In this document: one piece after another, positions 36,207-45,507 of the stretch
Numbering within the stretch: the stretch's first letter is position 1
Layout of the letters: each line of letters starts with the position of its first letter
NCBI GenBank assembly: GCA_002410925.1
Contig: DHPR01000033.1
Span: forward strand, 454,397-499,903
Source: a bacterium UBP13_UBA5359
GTDB lineage: Bacteria; UBP13; UBA5359
DNA: 45,507 bases
Reading direction: 5' to 3'
Notes under the pieces: model-generated
The model's database searches: none
What the model saw: only the letters and a program-made list of their open reading frames with translations
Told to the model about the DNA's origin: nothing
Program-made: the position numbers and the translations under genes

Positions 36207-38687
36207 TCAGGAAGCTACTATATTAATCAGCCTGCCGGGAACTACAACTACTTTTCGCACTGTCAATCCACTTAAGAACCTGGCCGTTTTCTCTGACGAC
36301 AGCGCTGCTTCCTTAAGTGCTTCTTCGCTGATATCGCTCTCCACCGTCAGCCTGTCACGCACCTTGCCGTTTACCTGGACAACAATGGTCATCTCTTCAC
36401 GATATAGATACTCTTTACACCACGTCGGCCAGGGCTGAAGATATGCCATAGTCTCATGCCCCAGCTTTTGCCAGAGCTCTTCAGAAATATGCGGCGTGAA
36501 GGGTACAAGCAGCGTCACTACGGTTTCCAGGCCATTACGATATTCGGCCGCATAATCTGCTGAATACAGACCGCTTTCCAGATACGGCATCTTGTCAGCC
36601 ATCACATTTACCAGCTCCATAATCGCGCTGATGGCAGTGTTGAAATGCAGTCTGATCTCGATATCTTCACTGACACGCTTTATGGTACTATGGATATGCC
36701 GTCGTAGCTTGCTGAGATCAGCCGCATCATTACCGGCGGCAGCCCCCTGATAGCGGTTGAACACATCCAATGCACTGTTGACCAATCGCCACACGCGACC
36801 GAGGAAACGGAAGGATCCTTCCACGCCACGGTCACTCCACTCCAGGTCACGTTCCGGCGGTGAAGCAAACAAGATAAAGAGGCGTGCGGTATCAGCACCA
36901 TAGCGCTCTATAATCTCATGGGGATCCACTACATTGCCCTTGGATTTAGACATTTTAGAACCATCCTTGATAACCATGCCCTGAGTAAGCAGATTGGCAA
37001 AGGGTTCCGGTACGCTCGTCAATCCCATATCGCGTATAGCCTTGGTGAAGAAACGGGCATAGAGCAGATGCATAACTGCATGCTCAATACCTCCGATGTA
37101 CTGATCGACAGGCAACCAGTGGTCAGCACAATCGCGGCCGAAGGGGCTTCTATCATTATGCGGATCTACATACCGCAAAAAATACCAGGAAGAATCGATA
37201 AACGTATCCATGGTATCGGTTTCTCTGTAGGCCGGGCCGCCGCAAACAGGGCAATCCACATCAATAAATTCACGCGCTTCGGCTAATGGTGATTGTCCGC
37301 CCGGAGAAAAAGCCACATTTTCCGGCAGTATCACCGGCAGGCTCTCCTCTGGCACTGCCTCCCAGCCGCATTTCTCGCAATATACCATGGGAATAGGTGC
37401 TCCCCAATAACGCTGGCGTGATATCAGCCAATCACGCAGCCGGTAATTGACAGTACGTTCGCCAAACCCCTGTGCGGCGATGTAATCGATGATATCGGAC
37501 ATGGCCTCTCGGTTATTACGTCCGTTAAAGCGTCCGGAATTCACCATAATGCCGTCATCCACATAGGCCTGGGCCATTTTTTCACCCCGGGCTTCATCCT
37601 GACCGGCAATGACGCGATACACCGCTAAACCATATTGCTGAGCAAATTCAAAGTCTCTCTGATCGTGTGCCGGCACAGCCATAACGGCTCCGGTGCCATA
37701 TTCCATCAATACATAATTAGCCACCCATATGGGAATCTTGTTACCATCGAGCGGATTTATCGCGTATGCACCGGTAAAAACGCCTTCCTTCTCAGCAGTA
37801 TCACTGCGTTGAGCAGTGGTCCGATGATGCATGCGCTCAACAAATGCCCTGACTTCTTCTTCCTGAGAGGTGCCTATGGAAAGCTCCTTTGCCAGCGAAT
37901 TTTCAGCTGCCAGGGCCAGATAGGTTACACCGTAGACGGTATCCGGACGAGTAGTGAATACGGGCAGCATTTGACCATCCGGTAAACGAAAATCTATACG
38001 TGCCCCCTCACTGCGTCCTATCCAGTTGGACTGCATAATACGAACGCGCTCCGGCCACCCCTCCAGCATATCCAGATCATTCAAAAGTTCTTCTGCATAA
38101 GCGGTAATCTTCAAATACCATTGCTCCAGTTCCTTCTGAATCACGGGAGTTCCACAGCGCCAGCACTCACCATTTACTACCTGCTCATTAGCCAGCACAG
38201 TGGCGCAAGCTTCGCACCAATTAACCTGACCCGAAGATCGGTAAACCAGATCCTTTTCCCAGAGCTTGGTAAAAAACCACTGTGTCCATTTGTAGTAATT
38301 CGGCAGACAGGTTGTCACTTCGCGATGCCAATCATAGCTATAGCCTAATGCTTTGAGCTGCTTGCGCATATTGGCTATGTTGCTTAGAGTCCATTCGGCC
38401 GGATGCACACCGCGCTGGATGGCAGCATTCTCCGCCGGTAATCCAAAGGCATCCCAACCCATAGGATGAAGCACGTTGTACCCACGCATATGACGATAAC
38501 GGGCCATCACATCACCGATGGAATAATTGCGGACATGCCCCATATGTATACGCCCGGAGGGATATGGAAACATTTCCAACAGATAGTATTTCGGCCGCTC
38601 AGGTTGCAACTCAACCTTGAAGGTATTCTCTTCCTCCCAGCGGCGCTGCCATTTCTCTTCAATAGCCTGAAAATCGTATTTTTTCAT
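36207..38687 (-). CDS. leuS: Leucine--tRNA ligase
   Basis: MFPYPSG..HMGH, KMSKS, VQVNGK. Confidence 0.99.
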   Translation of the reverse strand: MKKYDFQAIEEKWQRRWEEENTFKVELQPERPKYYLLEMFPYPSGRIHMGHVRNYSIGDVMARYRHMRGYNVLHPMGWDAFGLPAENAAIQRGVHPAEWTLSNIANMRKQLKALGYSYDWHREVTTCLPNYYKWTQWFFTKLWEKDLVYRSSGQVNWCEACATVLANEQVVNGECWRCGTPVIQKELEQWYLKITAYAEELLNDLDMLEGWPERVRIMQSNWIGRSEGARIDFRLPDGQMLPVFTTRPDTVYGVTYLALAAENSLAKELSIGTSQEEEVRAFVERMHHRTTAQRSDTAEKEGVFTGAYAINPLDGNKIPIWVANYVLMEYGTGAVMAVPAHDQRDFEFAQQYGLAVYRVIAGQDEARGEKMAQAYVDDGIMVNSGRFNGRNNREAMSDIIDYIAAQGFGERTVNYRLRDWLISRQRYWGAPIPMVYCEKCGWEAVPEESLPVILPENVAFSPGGQSPLAEAREFIDVDCPVCGGPAYRETDTMDTFIDSSWYFLRYVDPHNDRSPFGRDCADHWLPVDQYIGGIEHAVMHLLYARFFTKAIRDMGLTSVPEPFANLLTQGMVIKDGSKMSKSKGNVVDPHEIIERYGADTARLFILFASPPERDLEWSDRGVEGSFRFLGRVWRLVNSALDVFNRYQGAAAGNDAADLSKLRRHIHSTIKRVSEDIEIRLHFNTAISAIMELVNVMADKMPYLESGLYSADYAAEYRNGLETVVTLLVPFTPHISEELWQKLGHETMAYLQPWPTWCKEYLYREEMTIVVQVNGKVRDRLTVESDISEEALKEAALSSEKTARFLSGLTVRKVVVVPGRLINIVAS

Positions 38688-38734
38688 GACTTTCTCCTGC
38701 GAGTAATGTTTATCAGACTCAATCGATACTTACA

Positions 38735-38763
38735 AAAATAACTCAGGGAACCTGAGTTATTTT
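38735..38763. terminator. Perfect 13-bp hairpin between tRNA-Ala and leuS
   Basis: AAAATAACTCAGG-GAA-CCTGAGTTATTTT. Confidence 0.7.
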
Positions 38764-38888
38764 AATCGCTTATTAAATGACTATCTTTGCTTCTTGGACC
38801 GGCTTCATCCCGTCTTCAATATTGTCGTCTATAATTATATTCAAACTCTTCAACCTGTTCAATTCCTGCTTCACTTTGAAGCGAAGAA

Positions 38889-38964
38889 TGGTGGAGCTGA
38901 GGGGATTCGAACCCCTGGCCTCTTCCATGCCGAGGAAGCGCGCTCCCAGCTGCGCCACAGCCCC
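38889..38964 (-). tRNA. tRNA-Ala(GGC)
   Basis: GGGGCTG...CAGCTCCACCA with G3:U70; loop TCGGCAT; promoter TTGACA-16-TATAAT at 39007-38980. Confidence 0.95.
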
Positions 38965-39024
38965 ACGTGAATATCTAGTATTATATCAGGCAGACCGGAT
39001 TTGTCAATATAAATGGAGCAACCA

Positions 39025-40008
39025 TTAGGGCTTCTCCAGAGCGTTCAGATTAAATACCGGCACATCGTCCGGATCTATCTTATCGGCTATCAACAGAGGA
39101 GATGTCCGGTCTTCCTCCCTATTTATCCAGGAGATGATACATTGTAACGGCTGAGCAAGTCTTTCTCCTTGAAAGGTAAGCGGTGTAATCAAGGCTACTC
39201 TCTTCATATCGCCTGGCCTGATGGTAAATTCACCGCTAGCCTGACTGCTGCTCCTGCTGGAAGGCTGTTCAGGGTTATCTGCCTCCGGAACATCAGCCGG
39301 CATATCCATAGGCGGGCGCGATGCTTTTGTATCGCCCGGGCCTGCAGCATTCTCTCTGCCTTCCCGGCCTGGCTGCGCCGGTGTGGCTGGCAACGGCTCT
39401 CTATCCGCAGCCAACTGAGAAGTCTGTCCCAGTTCGATGGATATCCGGGCTGACTTGATAGTATAATCTGAAACATTCCTTACCCAGATTACCGGCTGCC
39501 ACATTACCGGCAGAGCTACCTTGACATCTGCCTCTTCAGGCATTTTGGGAATAATACGATTCATTCCTACAGCAATCACATCCAATGGCACTGCTGTAGG
39601 GAAATAATCAATACCCTTACTATTTGTCGGAAGAACCAATCGCATATTGGGCCTGTAATAACCCGAATCTATAAGCGCATCGTAGATAGCATCATTAAGC
39701 TCATTGCTTCTACCGGATAACAGAGATTTCAATCTATCGCGAGCTGGCGCATCATTCTTCTTGTCCATATCATTGATAGCAACTTTAAAACGAGCAATCT
39801 CCAATTTGAGATTTCCAGGGTAATTTCTCAAGCCATAATCCACCCAGGCCATGGCGTTAGCATAATCTTTATCCAGCAGATAGCTGTTAACATAATCAAG
39901 ACACTCCTCCGGGCTGCTCTCGGCTGCCATAGCCGGAAAAGCACAAAGGAGCAATACCATTAAAAATATAGCAAAGCGCAAAAGAACCACACCCTTTCTA
40001 AGCGACAA
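39025..40008 (-). CDS. Exported hypothetical protein with TPR-like N-terminal helices
   Basis: Signal peptide ending AMA; Y..A......GL..YP.N pattern. Confidence 0.7.
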   Translation of the reverse strand: MSLRKGVVLLRFAIFLMVLLLCAFPAMAAESSPEECLDYVNSYLLDKDYANAMAWVDYGLRNYPGNLKLEIARFKVAINDMDKKNDAPARDRLKSLLSGRSNELNDAIYDALIDSGYYRPNMRLVLPTNSKGIDYFPTAVPLDVIAVGMNRIIPKMPEEADVKVALPVMWQPVIWVRNVSDYTIKSARISIELGQTSQLAADREPLPATPAQPGREGRENAAGPGDTKASRPPMDMPADVPEADNPEQPSSRSSSQASGEFTIRPGDMKRVALITPLTFQGERLAQPLQCIISWINREEDRTSPLLIADKIDPDDVPVFNLNALEKP

Positions 40009-40507
40009 ATGAGCATCTTACGCTTATATCTCTTTCGCGGCTTTGTTAACGGCATTTCCCGCCGCTTCCAGAGTATACTCTATATCCTTTTCCGCGTGTG
40101 AGAAAGTGATAAAGAGTGGATAATGTTAGAAAACGTCCTCTCTGCAGAAGATATTTAATAAAAAGGTTTTTTAAATGCTTAGCCGCCGGATTTATTATCA
40201 TCGTCGAAGACAACCTCTTCACACTTAGAATTTCTCCGTTATTGCTGAATATCCTTCTCAGGCCATCCATAAGATCGACCTCTGCTATAAACCCTTCTAT
40301 TAATAATACCCGGCAAAATTATAGAGTAAACGAGGAAGTATTCTGTTTTAATAATGCGACCGTATGTCCATTCTGTACCATCTGGCAAGCATCTTTACCC
40401 GGAATGACTTAATCCTTGATCATTGCTTGCAACATCCTGTCTCGTTATACCTCTGTTTATATTTCTTGTGCAGAGGGAATAATTATACAAAAAATGACGG
40501 CGATATC

Positions 40508-41302
40508 ATGCGGCATAAATCGATAAATGAATTGGTTTCTCTAGAAGGGAAGACAGCACTGGTAACGGGTTGCTCTCAAGGCATTGGAGAAGCGATCGTT
40601 TCCAGGCTTGCTCAGGCCGGAGCCTCTTTGATACTGGTAGATATTAATCGAAAAAAGCTGGAAAGAGTAAGAAAGGAAAGATGCGCCTCGGCACATGCCC
40701 TCTGCATGGCGGCCGATCTATCCAAGAAAGAGGCTATAGATAAGCTATGGCGTGATTTTAAAGGGAATAAGCCGGATATACTTATCAACAATGCCGGGGT
40801 ATATCCCTTTTTGGACTACCTTGAGATGACGGCGGATGCCTACAAAAAAATACTCGATGTAAACTTGAACGCTTCCTTTTGGATGTGCAAAAATTTTATA
40901 AAGCGGCGTGGAAAAGAGGGTGGCATCATCATAAATATCTCTTCAATAGAAGCCATACTTCCCTTTAAAGAGAATATGGTTTCATATAGTATCAGCAAAG
41001 CAGGCATTATTGCTTTAAGCCGTTCTCTGGCTAGAGATTATGCCAGGGATGGCTTTCGTATCAATACCATACTGCCCGGAGCTATAAAAACTCCGACCAC
41101 CAAATCTTTGATGCTGGAAGCAATTTTTAAATTTAAGATAGGATTAGCAAAAACAGGTTATCTCTTTAATAATCGTCTGCCGATCGGGCATTGGGGGGAG
41201 CCGGATGACGTAGCCAGAGCGGTCATCTTCCTTGCCAGCGATTTATCCTGTTATATCCAAGGGGCATTACTCCCAGTGGATGGCGGCTTCCTCTCAGCAT
41301 AA
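40508..41302 (+). CDS. SDR-family oxidoreductase
   Basis: TGCSQGIG, NNAG, YSISK, VDGG. Confidence 0.95.
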   Translation: MRHKSINELVSLEGKTALVTGCSQGIGEAIVSRLAQAGASLILVDINRKKLERVRKERCASAHALCMAADLSKKEAIDKLWRDFKGNKPDILINNAGVYPFLDYLEMTADAYKKILDVNLNASFWMCKNFIKRRGKEGGIIINISSIEAILPFKENMVSYSISKAGIIALSRSLARDYARDGFRINTILPGAIKTPTTKSLMLEAIFKFKIGLAKTGYLFNNRLPIGHWGEPDDVARAVIFLASDLSCYIQGALLPVDGGFLSA

Positions 41303-41320
41303 GCGCCAAGCAGCAAAACA

Positions 41321-41347
41321 GACCCTCTCTTTTATCAAGAGAGGGTC
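41321..41347. terminator. Hairpin between convergent SDR and rex genes
   Basis: GACCCTCTCTT-TTATC-AAGAGAGGGTC. Confidence 0.7.
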
Positions 41348-41377
41348 CACTCTTTACATCTGACCGAATTCAAAATA

Positions 41378-42004
41378 TCAGCTCCGGCTTCTGGCCAGGA
41401 AGAAGGAGAGGCGCTCCATCTCTGCAGCCAGATCCACATTTATCAGTTGGATGCCTTCCGGAGAGGCAAGCCTAACGGGAGCAAAATTGAGTATGGCCTT
41501 AATGCCGGCGGCAACAGCTAGATTAAGGGCCTCTCGTGCCGCTTTGGCGGGCACGGACAGGATGCTCATTTGAATATCCTTCTCAGCGGCAGATTCCGGC
41601 AGCCGAGAAATATCTTCAATAACTATGCCTTCCCACTTCTTGCCAATTTTAGTGATATCATTATCGAAAGCAGCTATTATATTAAAACCGCGCTCACGGA
41701 AACCCTGATAAGCCAGCAAAGCTGAACCGAGATGACCTACCCCCACCAAAGCGACTTTCCAATCCTGATCTATACCCAGTATATGGCCGATGCGTTGTCT
41801 AAGTTCCGCCACTATATAGCCTCTGCCGGGAGTGCCGAACTGGCCGAAATAAGTAAGGTCCCGACGTATCTGCGCCGCTGTATAGCCGGTAAGATCAGAT
41901 ATCTCCTCAGAAGATATAACCCACTCGTCAGGCAGCGTAGATAAGGCTCTGTGGTAGACGGATAATCTCGACACCGTCAGCGCCGGAACTTTACGAAAAG
42001 GCAT
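41378..42004 (-). CDS. rex: Redox-sensing repressor Rex
   Basis: RL..Y, QIRRDL.YFG.FG..G.GY, VGVGHLG.AL..Y, ILNFAP. Confidence 0.97.
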   Translation of the reverse strand: MPFRKVPALTVSRLSVYHRALSTLPDEWVISSEEISDLTGYTAAQIRRDLTYFGQFGTPGRGYIVAELRQRIGHILGIDQDWKVALVGVGHLGSALLAYQGFRERGFNIIAAFDNDITKIGKKWEGIVIEDISRLPESAAEKDIQMSILSVPAKAAREALNLAVAAGIKAILNFAPVRLASPEGIQLINVDLAAEMERLSFFLARSRS

Positions 42005-42145
42005 ATACTACCTCGCTTTCAAGAAATTAGCCGAGAATAATTCCCCTGCTTTATTATACCTGCGAAGGGATGATCAGGCAATATAAGCAGCCTGGCCGGC
42101 CCTTGTCCTTAAACGAATGCCTGCGCCATGCTATACTGATAACAG

Positions 42146-43972
42146 GTGATAGATATGTTCAGATACAGAGCTCTTATCTTGCTTATACCGCTGCTTGCTT
42201 CGCTGCCTTCCGCTGCCGAAGCGGAGCGATATCGCTTTATACCAGCTGAACCGCAACAGGTAGAGAGGATTGCTCCCGTTACACTGGCGGAACCGACATA
42301 TAAGGTTGTTCCACCGGCATTACAGGCACGCCTTATCAGTATTTTAGGCCAACAGGAACCCTCCTCTGAAAAGAAGCGCAAAGATATCAAAACAACCGCA
42401 GTATTCGTGGGCCTGTCCGATACAATAGAAAGGGTTACCGGCTTGGATCTAAGCGGCCTGTCCAGGCTAGGCCAGGAGGCATGTACCATAAGCTTTATAG
42501 CGGGAAACCCTTCTCAGCTGGTAGTGGCGGCAAACTCTGATTACGGCCTATCCGTCGGTCTGCAAAGACTGGATGAATATGTCGGTAATAGCAATGGCAA
42601 TCGTACCATATCTATCTCCGGATTGCTCGATTATCCCTCCTTTCCGATTCGCGGCGTAATAGAGGGCTTTTACGGGCGTCCATGGAGCGAAGAGGAACGG
42701 ATAGAAATGTTGCGTTTTATGGGGCGTGCGCGTTTAAATTATTACTTCTGGGCACCTAAAGCCATTCCCTCACATAGAGATGAGTGGCGGCGTCCTCATT
42801 CCAACGAAGAGCTGGCTTCCTTCCGAATGCTACTGGCCGAAGCAAAATCACAAAAAATTCATCTGGTTTACGGCATTGCACCAGGAAAATCCATCTGCTA
42901 TAGCAGCCGGGAGGATTACAACGCTCTGCTGGCCAAGGTTAAATCGGTCATCCATCTGGGCTTCCTTGATATCGCTCTCCTGATGGATGATATCAGCCGG
43001 GAATTGAAGAATAAAAAGGATAAAAGCTCCTTCGGAACGCTGGGCAAAGCTCAGGTTGCGTTAATCCAACGCCTACATGCCGACTTAAAAAAATTGCACC
43101 CTGGCGTCAAAATCTTCTTCTGCCCAACAAAATATTTCGGTGCAGAACCGGAAAAATCCGATTATCTGCTTACCATCGGCAATGGCCTGCCGGCAGATAT
43201 AGAGATATTCTGGACGGGTACCCGTGTTTACTCTCCGTCCATAGCTCAGGCTGATGCCATCAGAGCAGGCAATGTTCTGAGAAGAAAACCTCTCTACTGG
43301 GATAATTTTCCCGTTAATGATTATATAAGCTCACGCCTCCATCTCGGTCCTCTGTTCAATCGCCAAAATGGATTGGAACGCTGTTCGACCGGTCTGGTGA
43401 TGAACGGCATGAATCAGGCGGAGGCCTCCAAAATAGCGCTCTATACTGCCGCATCATATCTCTGGAACAGCAAAGCCTATATCGCCGGCACTGCATGGCA
43501 AAGATCCCTGAAAGAGATCGGCGGTACTGAAGCACTGCCCTTTCTGGAAGAGATAGCTATCGGGTTATCGGGGTCAGCTCACTGGCCGGAAGGTTACAGC
43601 CATGATCTTGCAGCCAGGTTTGATCGATTGCGAAATGATTATAACGCCGGTAATGCTGAACAGGCAGTATTTGAGGCCGATGTTTGGCTCACCCGCCTGC
43701 TGCGAACCTCCGCCAGACTGCGGCAGAGCATTGATAATCGGCAGCTTATGGCTGAACTCTCCCCTTTGCTGGAGCGGCTGGATGATACAGCTGAACTCTG
43801 CCGGCAGATGTTGCCCTTATATCTATCGCCGAAGAAGATAGATAGGGAGTATCAAGCTCGGATAAAGGAGGCTTCTAATAATATATCGAATAGACAAAAA
43901 CTTACTTGCCCTGATATAAAAACTATGGAAAATTTTATCAAGGAGACCATCGTCCGGTTTGTTAGGCCGTAA
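42146..43972 (+). CDS. Secreted beta-N-acetylglucosaminidase, GH84
   Basis: Signal peptide; RGVIEGFYG.PWS, APK, catalytic DD (LLMDDI), WDNFPVND. Confidence 0.9.
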   Translation: MIDMFRYRALILLIPLLASLPSAAEAERYRFIPAEPQQVERIAPVTLAEPTYKVVPPALQARLISILGQQEPSSEKKRKDIKTTAVFVGLSDTIERVTGLDLSGLSRLGQEACTISFIAGNPSQLVVAANSDYGLSVGLQRLDEYVGNSNGNRTISISGLLDYPSFPIRGVIEGFYGRPWSEEERIEMLRFMGRARLNYYFWAPKAIPSHRDEWRRPHSNEELASFRMLLAEAKSQKIHLVYGIAPGKSICYSSREDYNALLAKVKSVIHLGFLDIALLMDDISRELKNKKDKSSFGTLGKAQVALIQRLHADLKKLHPGVKIFFCPTKYFGAEPEKSDYLLTIGNGLPADIEIFWTGTRVYSPSIAQADAIRAGNVLRRKPLYWDNFPVNDYISSRLHLGPLFNRQNGLERCSTGLVMNGMNQAEASKIALYTAASYLWNSKAYIAGTAWQRSLKEIGGTEALPFLEEIAIGLSGSAHWPEGYSHDLAARFDRLRNDYNAGNAEQAVFEADVWLTRLLRTSARLRQSIDNRQLMAELSPLLERLDDTAELCRQMLPLYLSPKKIDREYQARIKEASNNISNRQKLTCPDIKTMENFIKETIVRFVRP

Positions 43973-44642
43973 AACGAAAGCGCAGAAGCGTGATCACAGC
44001 TATAATACCATCTGCCCAGTTTAGCTTTTTGCCTTCCTGTCTGCTTCTTGGATGATAGGCAATGGGCACCTCGATTATGTTATATCCGGCTTTCAGCAGC
44101 TTCGCAGTTATCTCCGGGCAGATCTCAAAGCCATTACTGCGAAGTGGAATTGATGCTATAACCTCTCTTCGGAACACCTTGTAGGCCGTAGCCTCATCCG
44201 TAAGCCTGGCTCGGTAAAGCAAATTTGTCACTGCCGTCAGAGCTTTGTTGACCAGCAGATTGGACAGCGGTATGCGATTGTGCCGGCTTAGAAAGCGCGA
44301 ACCGTAAACTACTTCGGTATTTCCACTAACGATGGGTTCTACCAAGGCTGAATAATCATAAGGATCAAGCTCCAGATCTGCATCCTGAAAAATAATTATA
44401 TCACCCTTTGCTTCCGGCAACCCCTGCCTTAACGCCGCTCCTTTGCCCCGGTTTACCGGCTGTTCTATCAGTCGTATCTTCCCTTCGGCTGCCATGGCTC
44501 TAACCTTCTCCCTGGTGCCGTCGGTAGAACCATCATCAACAACAATTATCTCTTTTCGTAATGGCTGCCGCCTTATACAATTGACAACATCCACTATATA
44601 TTCCTGTTCATTAAAGACCGGAATAATGACCGAAAGGAGCAT
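43962..44642 (-). CDS. GT2 glycosyltransferase (DPM1-like)
   Basis: SVIIPVFNE, VDDGSTDGT, N.GKG, DADLE, GSRF. Confidence 0.95.
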   Translation of the reverse strand: MLLSVIIPVFNEQEYIVDVVNCIRRQPLRKEIIVVDDGSTDGTREKVRAMAAEGKIRLIEQPVNRGKGAALRQGLPEAKGDIIIFQDADLELDPYDYSALVEPIVSGNTEVVYGSRFLSRHNRIPLSNLLVNKALTAVTNLLYRARLTDEATAYKVFRREVIASIPLRSNGFEICPEITAKLLKAGYNIIEVPIAYHPRSRQEGKKLNWADGIIAVITLLRFRFTA

Positions 44643-45507
44643 CAGATCTTTCCCTCCTCCCGCAGCTTGAATATAGCCGCAATCACCTCTCCGTCAGCGG
44701 TGGTTTCCAGGTACACCTGTATCAAGTAATCCGACCTGCGCATCTTTTGATAGAGACCTTGCCTTAAAGGGCCATAAGCCTCCGGACGGCTGATAATGAT
44801 CCAATCAATTCTGTTTTTAACCAGGTATTCTCGCTTGATTTGCGGCAACGGCTGCTCAATATCCCACCAGCTCAAATCGGCAAAGTGTCTGTAGGGATAA
44901 TCGAGCAAGCAGGCCGTTTGCCTGGGATTAAAGGTTAACAGGCGCTCCTTGGGACGGGTGTTTTTGCGTAACCAGCTTGCAACCCCTGCCATCCCTTGCA
45001 GTTCACCATAATTACTCTTTATGCGTTCTTCTTTAGCTGCATCGCAGGAAAGAACTACGAATGAATTGGTTATGAATGCCACTATTACGATCGCAGCCAG
45101 AAAGTTGTGCAGAGCGATATTTCTGCTGTTTGGTTTTAAAGCCATATAAGATACGAGCGTTATCACCAGTCCCAAAGATAATAGAGATTCCAGCTTTCCC
45201 TGCATCGACCATGACCAGAGACTGAAAATGGTAGCCAGAAGTGAATAAGAGATTATAGGTGTCTCTCTGCTTATCTGGAAGAAGGCTAAAGAAATCATCA
45301 GCGCTAGTGAAGGCAAAGCCGGAAAAATCAGCCGGGAACCGTACTGATGCCCCATTAGACTGATATAGGTTAACAGACTAAGAGCAAGAACTGCATGAAA
45401 GATGTAAAGACTTCTACCAGAATCCTGATTGACCAAAGAGCCGGCTAAAGCTTTCAACTTACCGCTGAATGGCAAGGTAAAGACTAGGAGGCCAGTGCTA
45501 AACCTCC
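44642..45507 (-). CDS. Multi-TM membrane protein, probably GT-C/ArnT-like (5' truncated)
   Basis: Frame open to window end; several TM helices, R...P..P motif, soluble C-terminal domain; coupled to GT2. Confidence 0.65.
   Translation of the reverse strand, partial: RFSTGLLVFTLPFSGKLKALAGSLVNQDSGRSLYIFHAVLALSLLTYISLMGHQYGSRLIFPALPSLALMISLAFFQISRETPIISYSLLATIFSLWSWSMQGKLESLLSLGLVITLVSYMALKPNSRNIALHNFLAAIVIVAFITNSFVVLSCDAAKEERIKSNYGELQGMAGVASWLRKNTRPKERLLTFNPRQTACLLDYPYRHFADLSWWDIEQPLPQIKREYLVKNRIDWIIISRPEAYGPLRQGLYQKMRRSDYLIQVYLETTADGEVIAAIFKLREEGKI

Noticed and set aside
38773-39028. ORFs overlapping tRNA-Ala on both strands
   Set aside because: Typical translations of tRNA sequence (GSNPLSST / VELRGFEP); not credible genes.
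40046-40412. Short ORFs in the AT-rich gap before the SDR gene
   Set aside because: No recognisable motif or RBS; probably divergent promoter region or decayed sequence.

Overview
Positions 1 to about 28.1 kb hold the right part of a temperate prophage inserted at the 3' end of a tRNA-Thr(CGT) gene. On the minus strand it carries a contractile-tail module (sheath, tube, frameshifted chaperone, tape measure, then fibre/adhesin genes) and a lambda-type head and packaging module (TerS, GpA-type TerL, gpW, portal, ClpP protease, decoration protein, capsid, candidate cos site). These are preceded by a methylase and HNH nuclease, a replication module (initiator with an internal 11-bp iteron array, DnaC-like loader, a phage-encoded beta clamp) and xis/cro. 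On the plus strand are cI, a membrane protein with a WYL-like domain, and the tyrosine integrase. Baseplate and lysis genes and the other att site are not in the window. The host part contains a degenerate vapBC-like pair between tRNA-Thr and tRNA-Phe, an apparent integrase scar at tRNA-Phe, melA/AraC, leuS-comEA-comEC-DUF3006-holA, tRNA-Ala, an SDR, rex, a GH84 hydrolase and glycosyltransferase genes. The most notable observations are two covarying, partly tRNA-like non-coding elements bracketing a gene in the phage early operon, the 3-TM/WYL-like lysogeny gene, and a lambda-like cos site inside the TerS ORF at an apparent module junction. All calls come from manual motif reading; no database searches were run.
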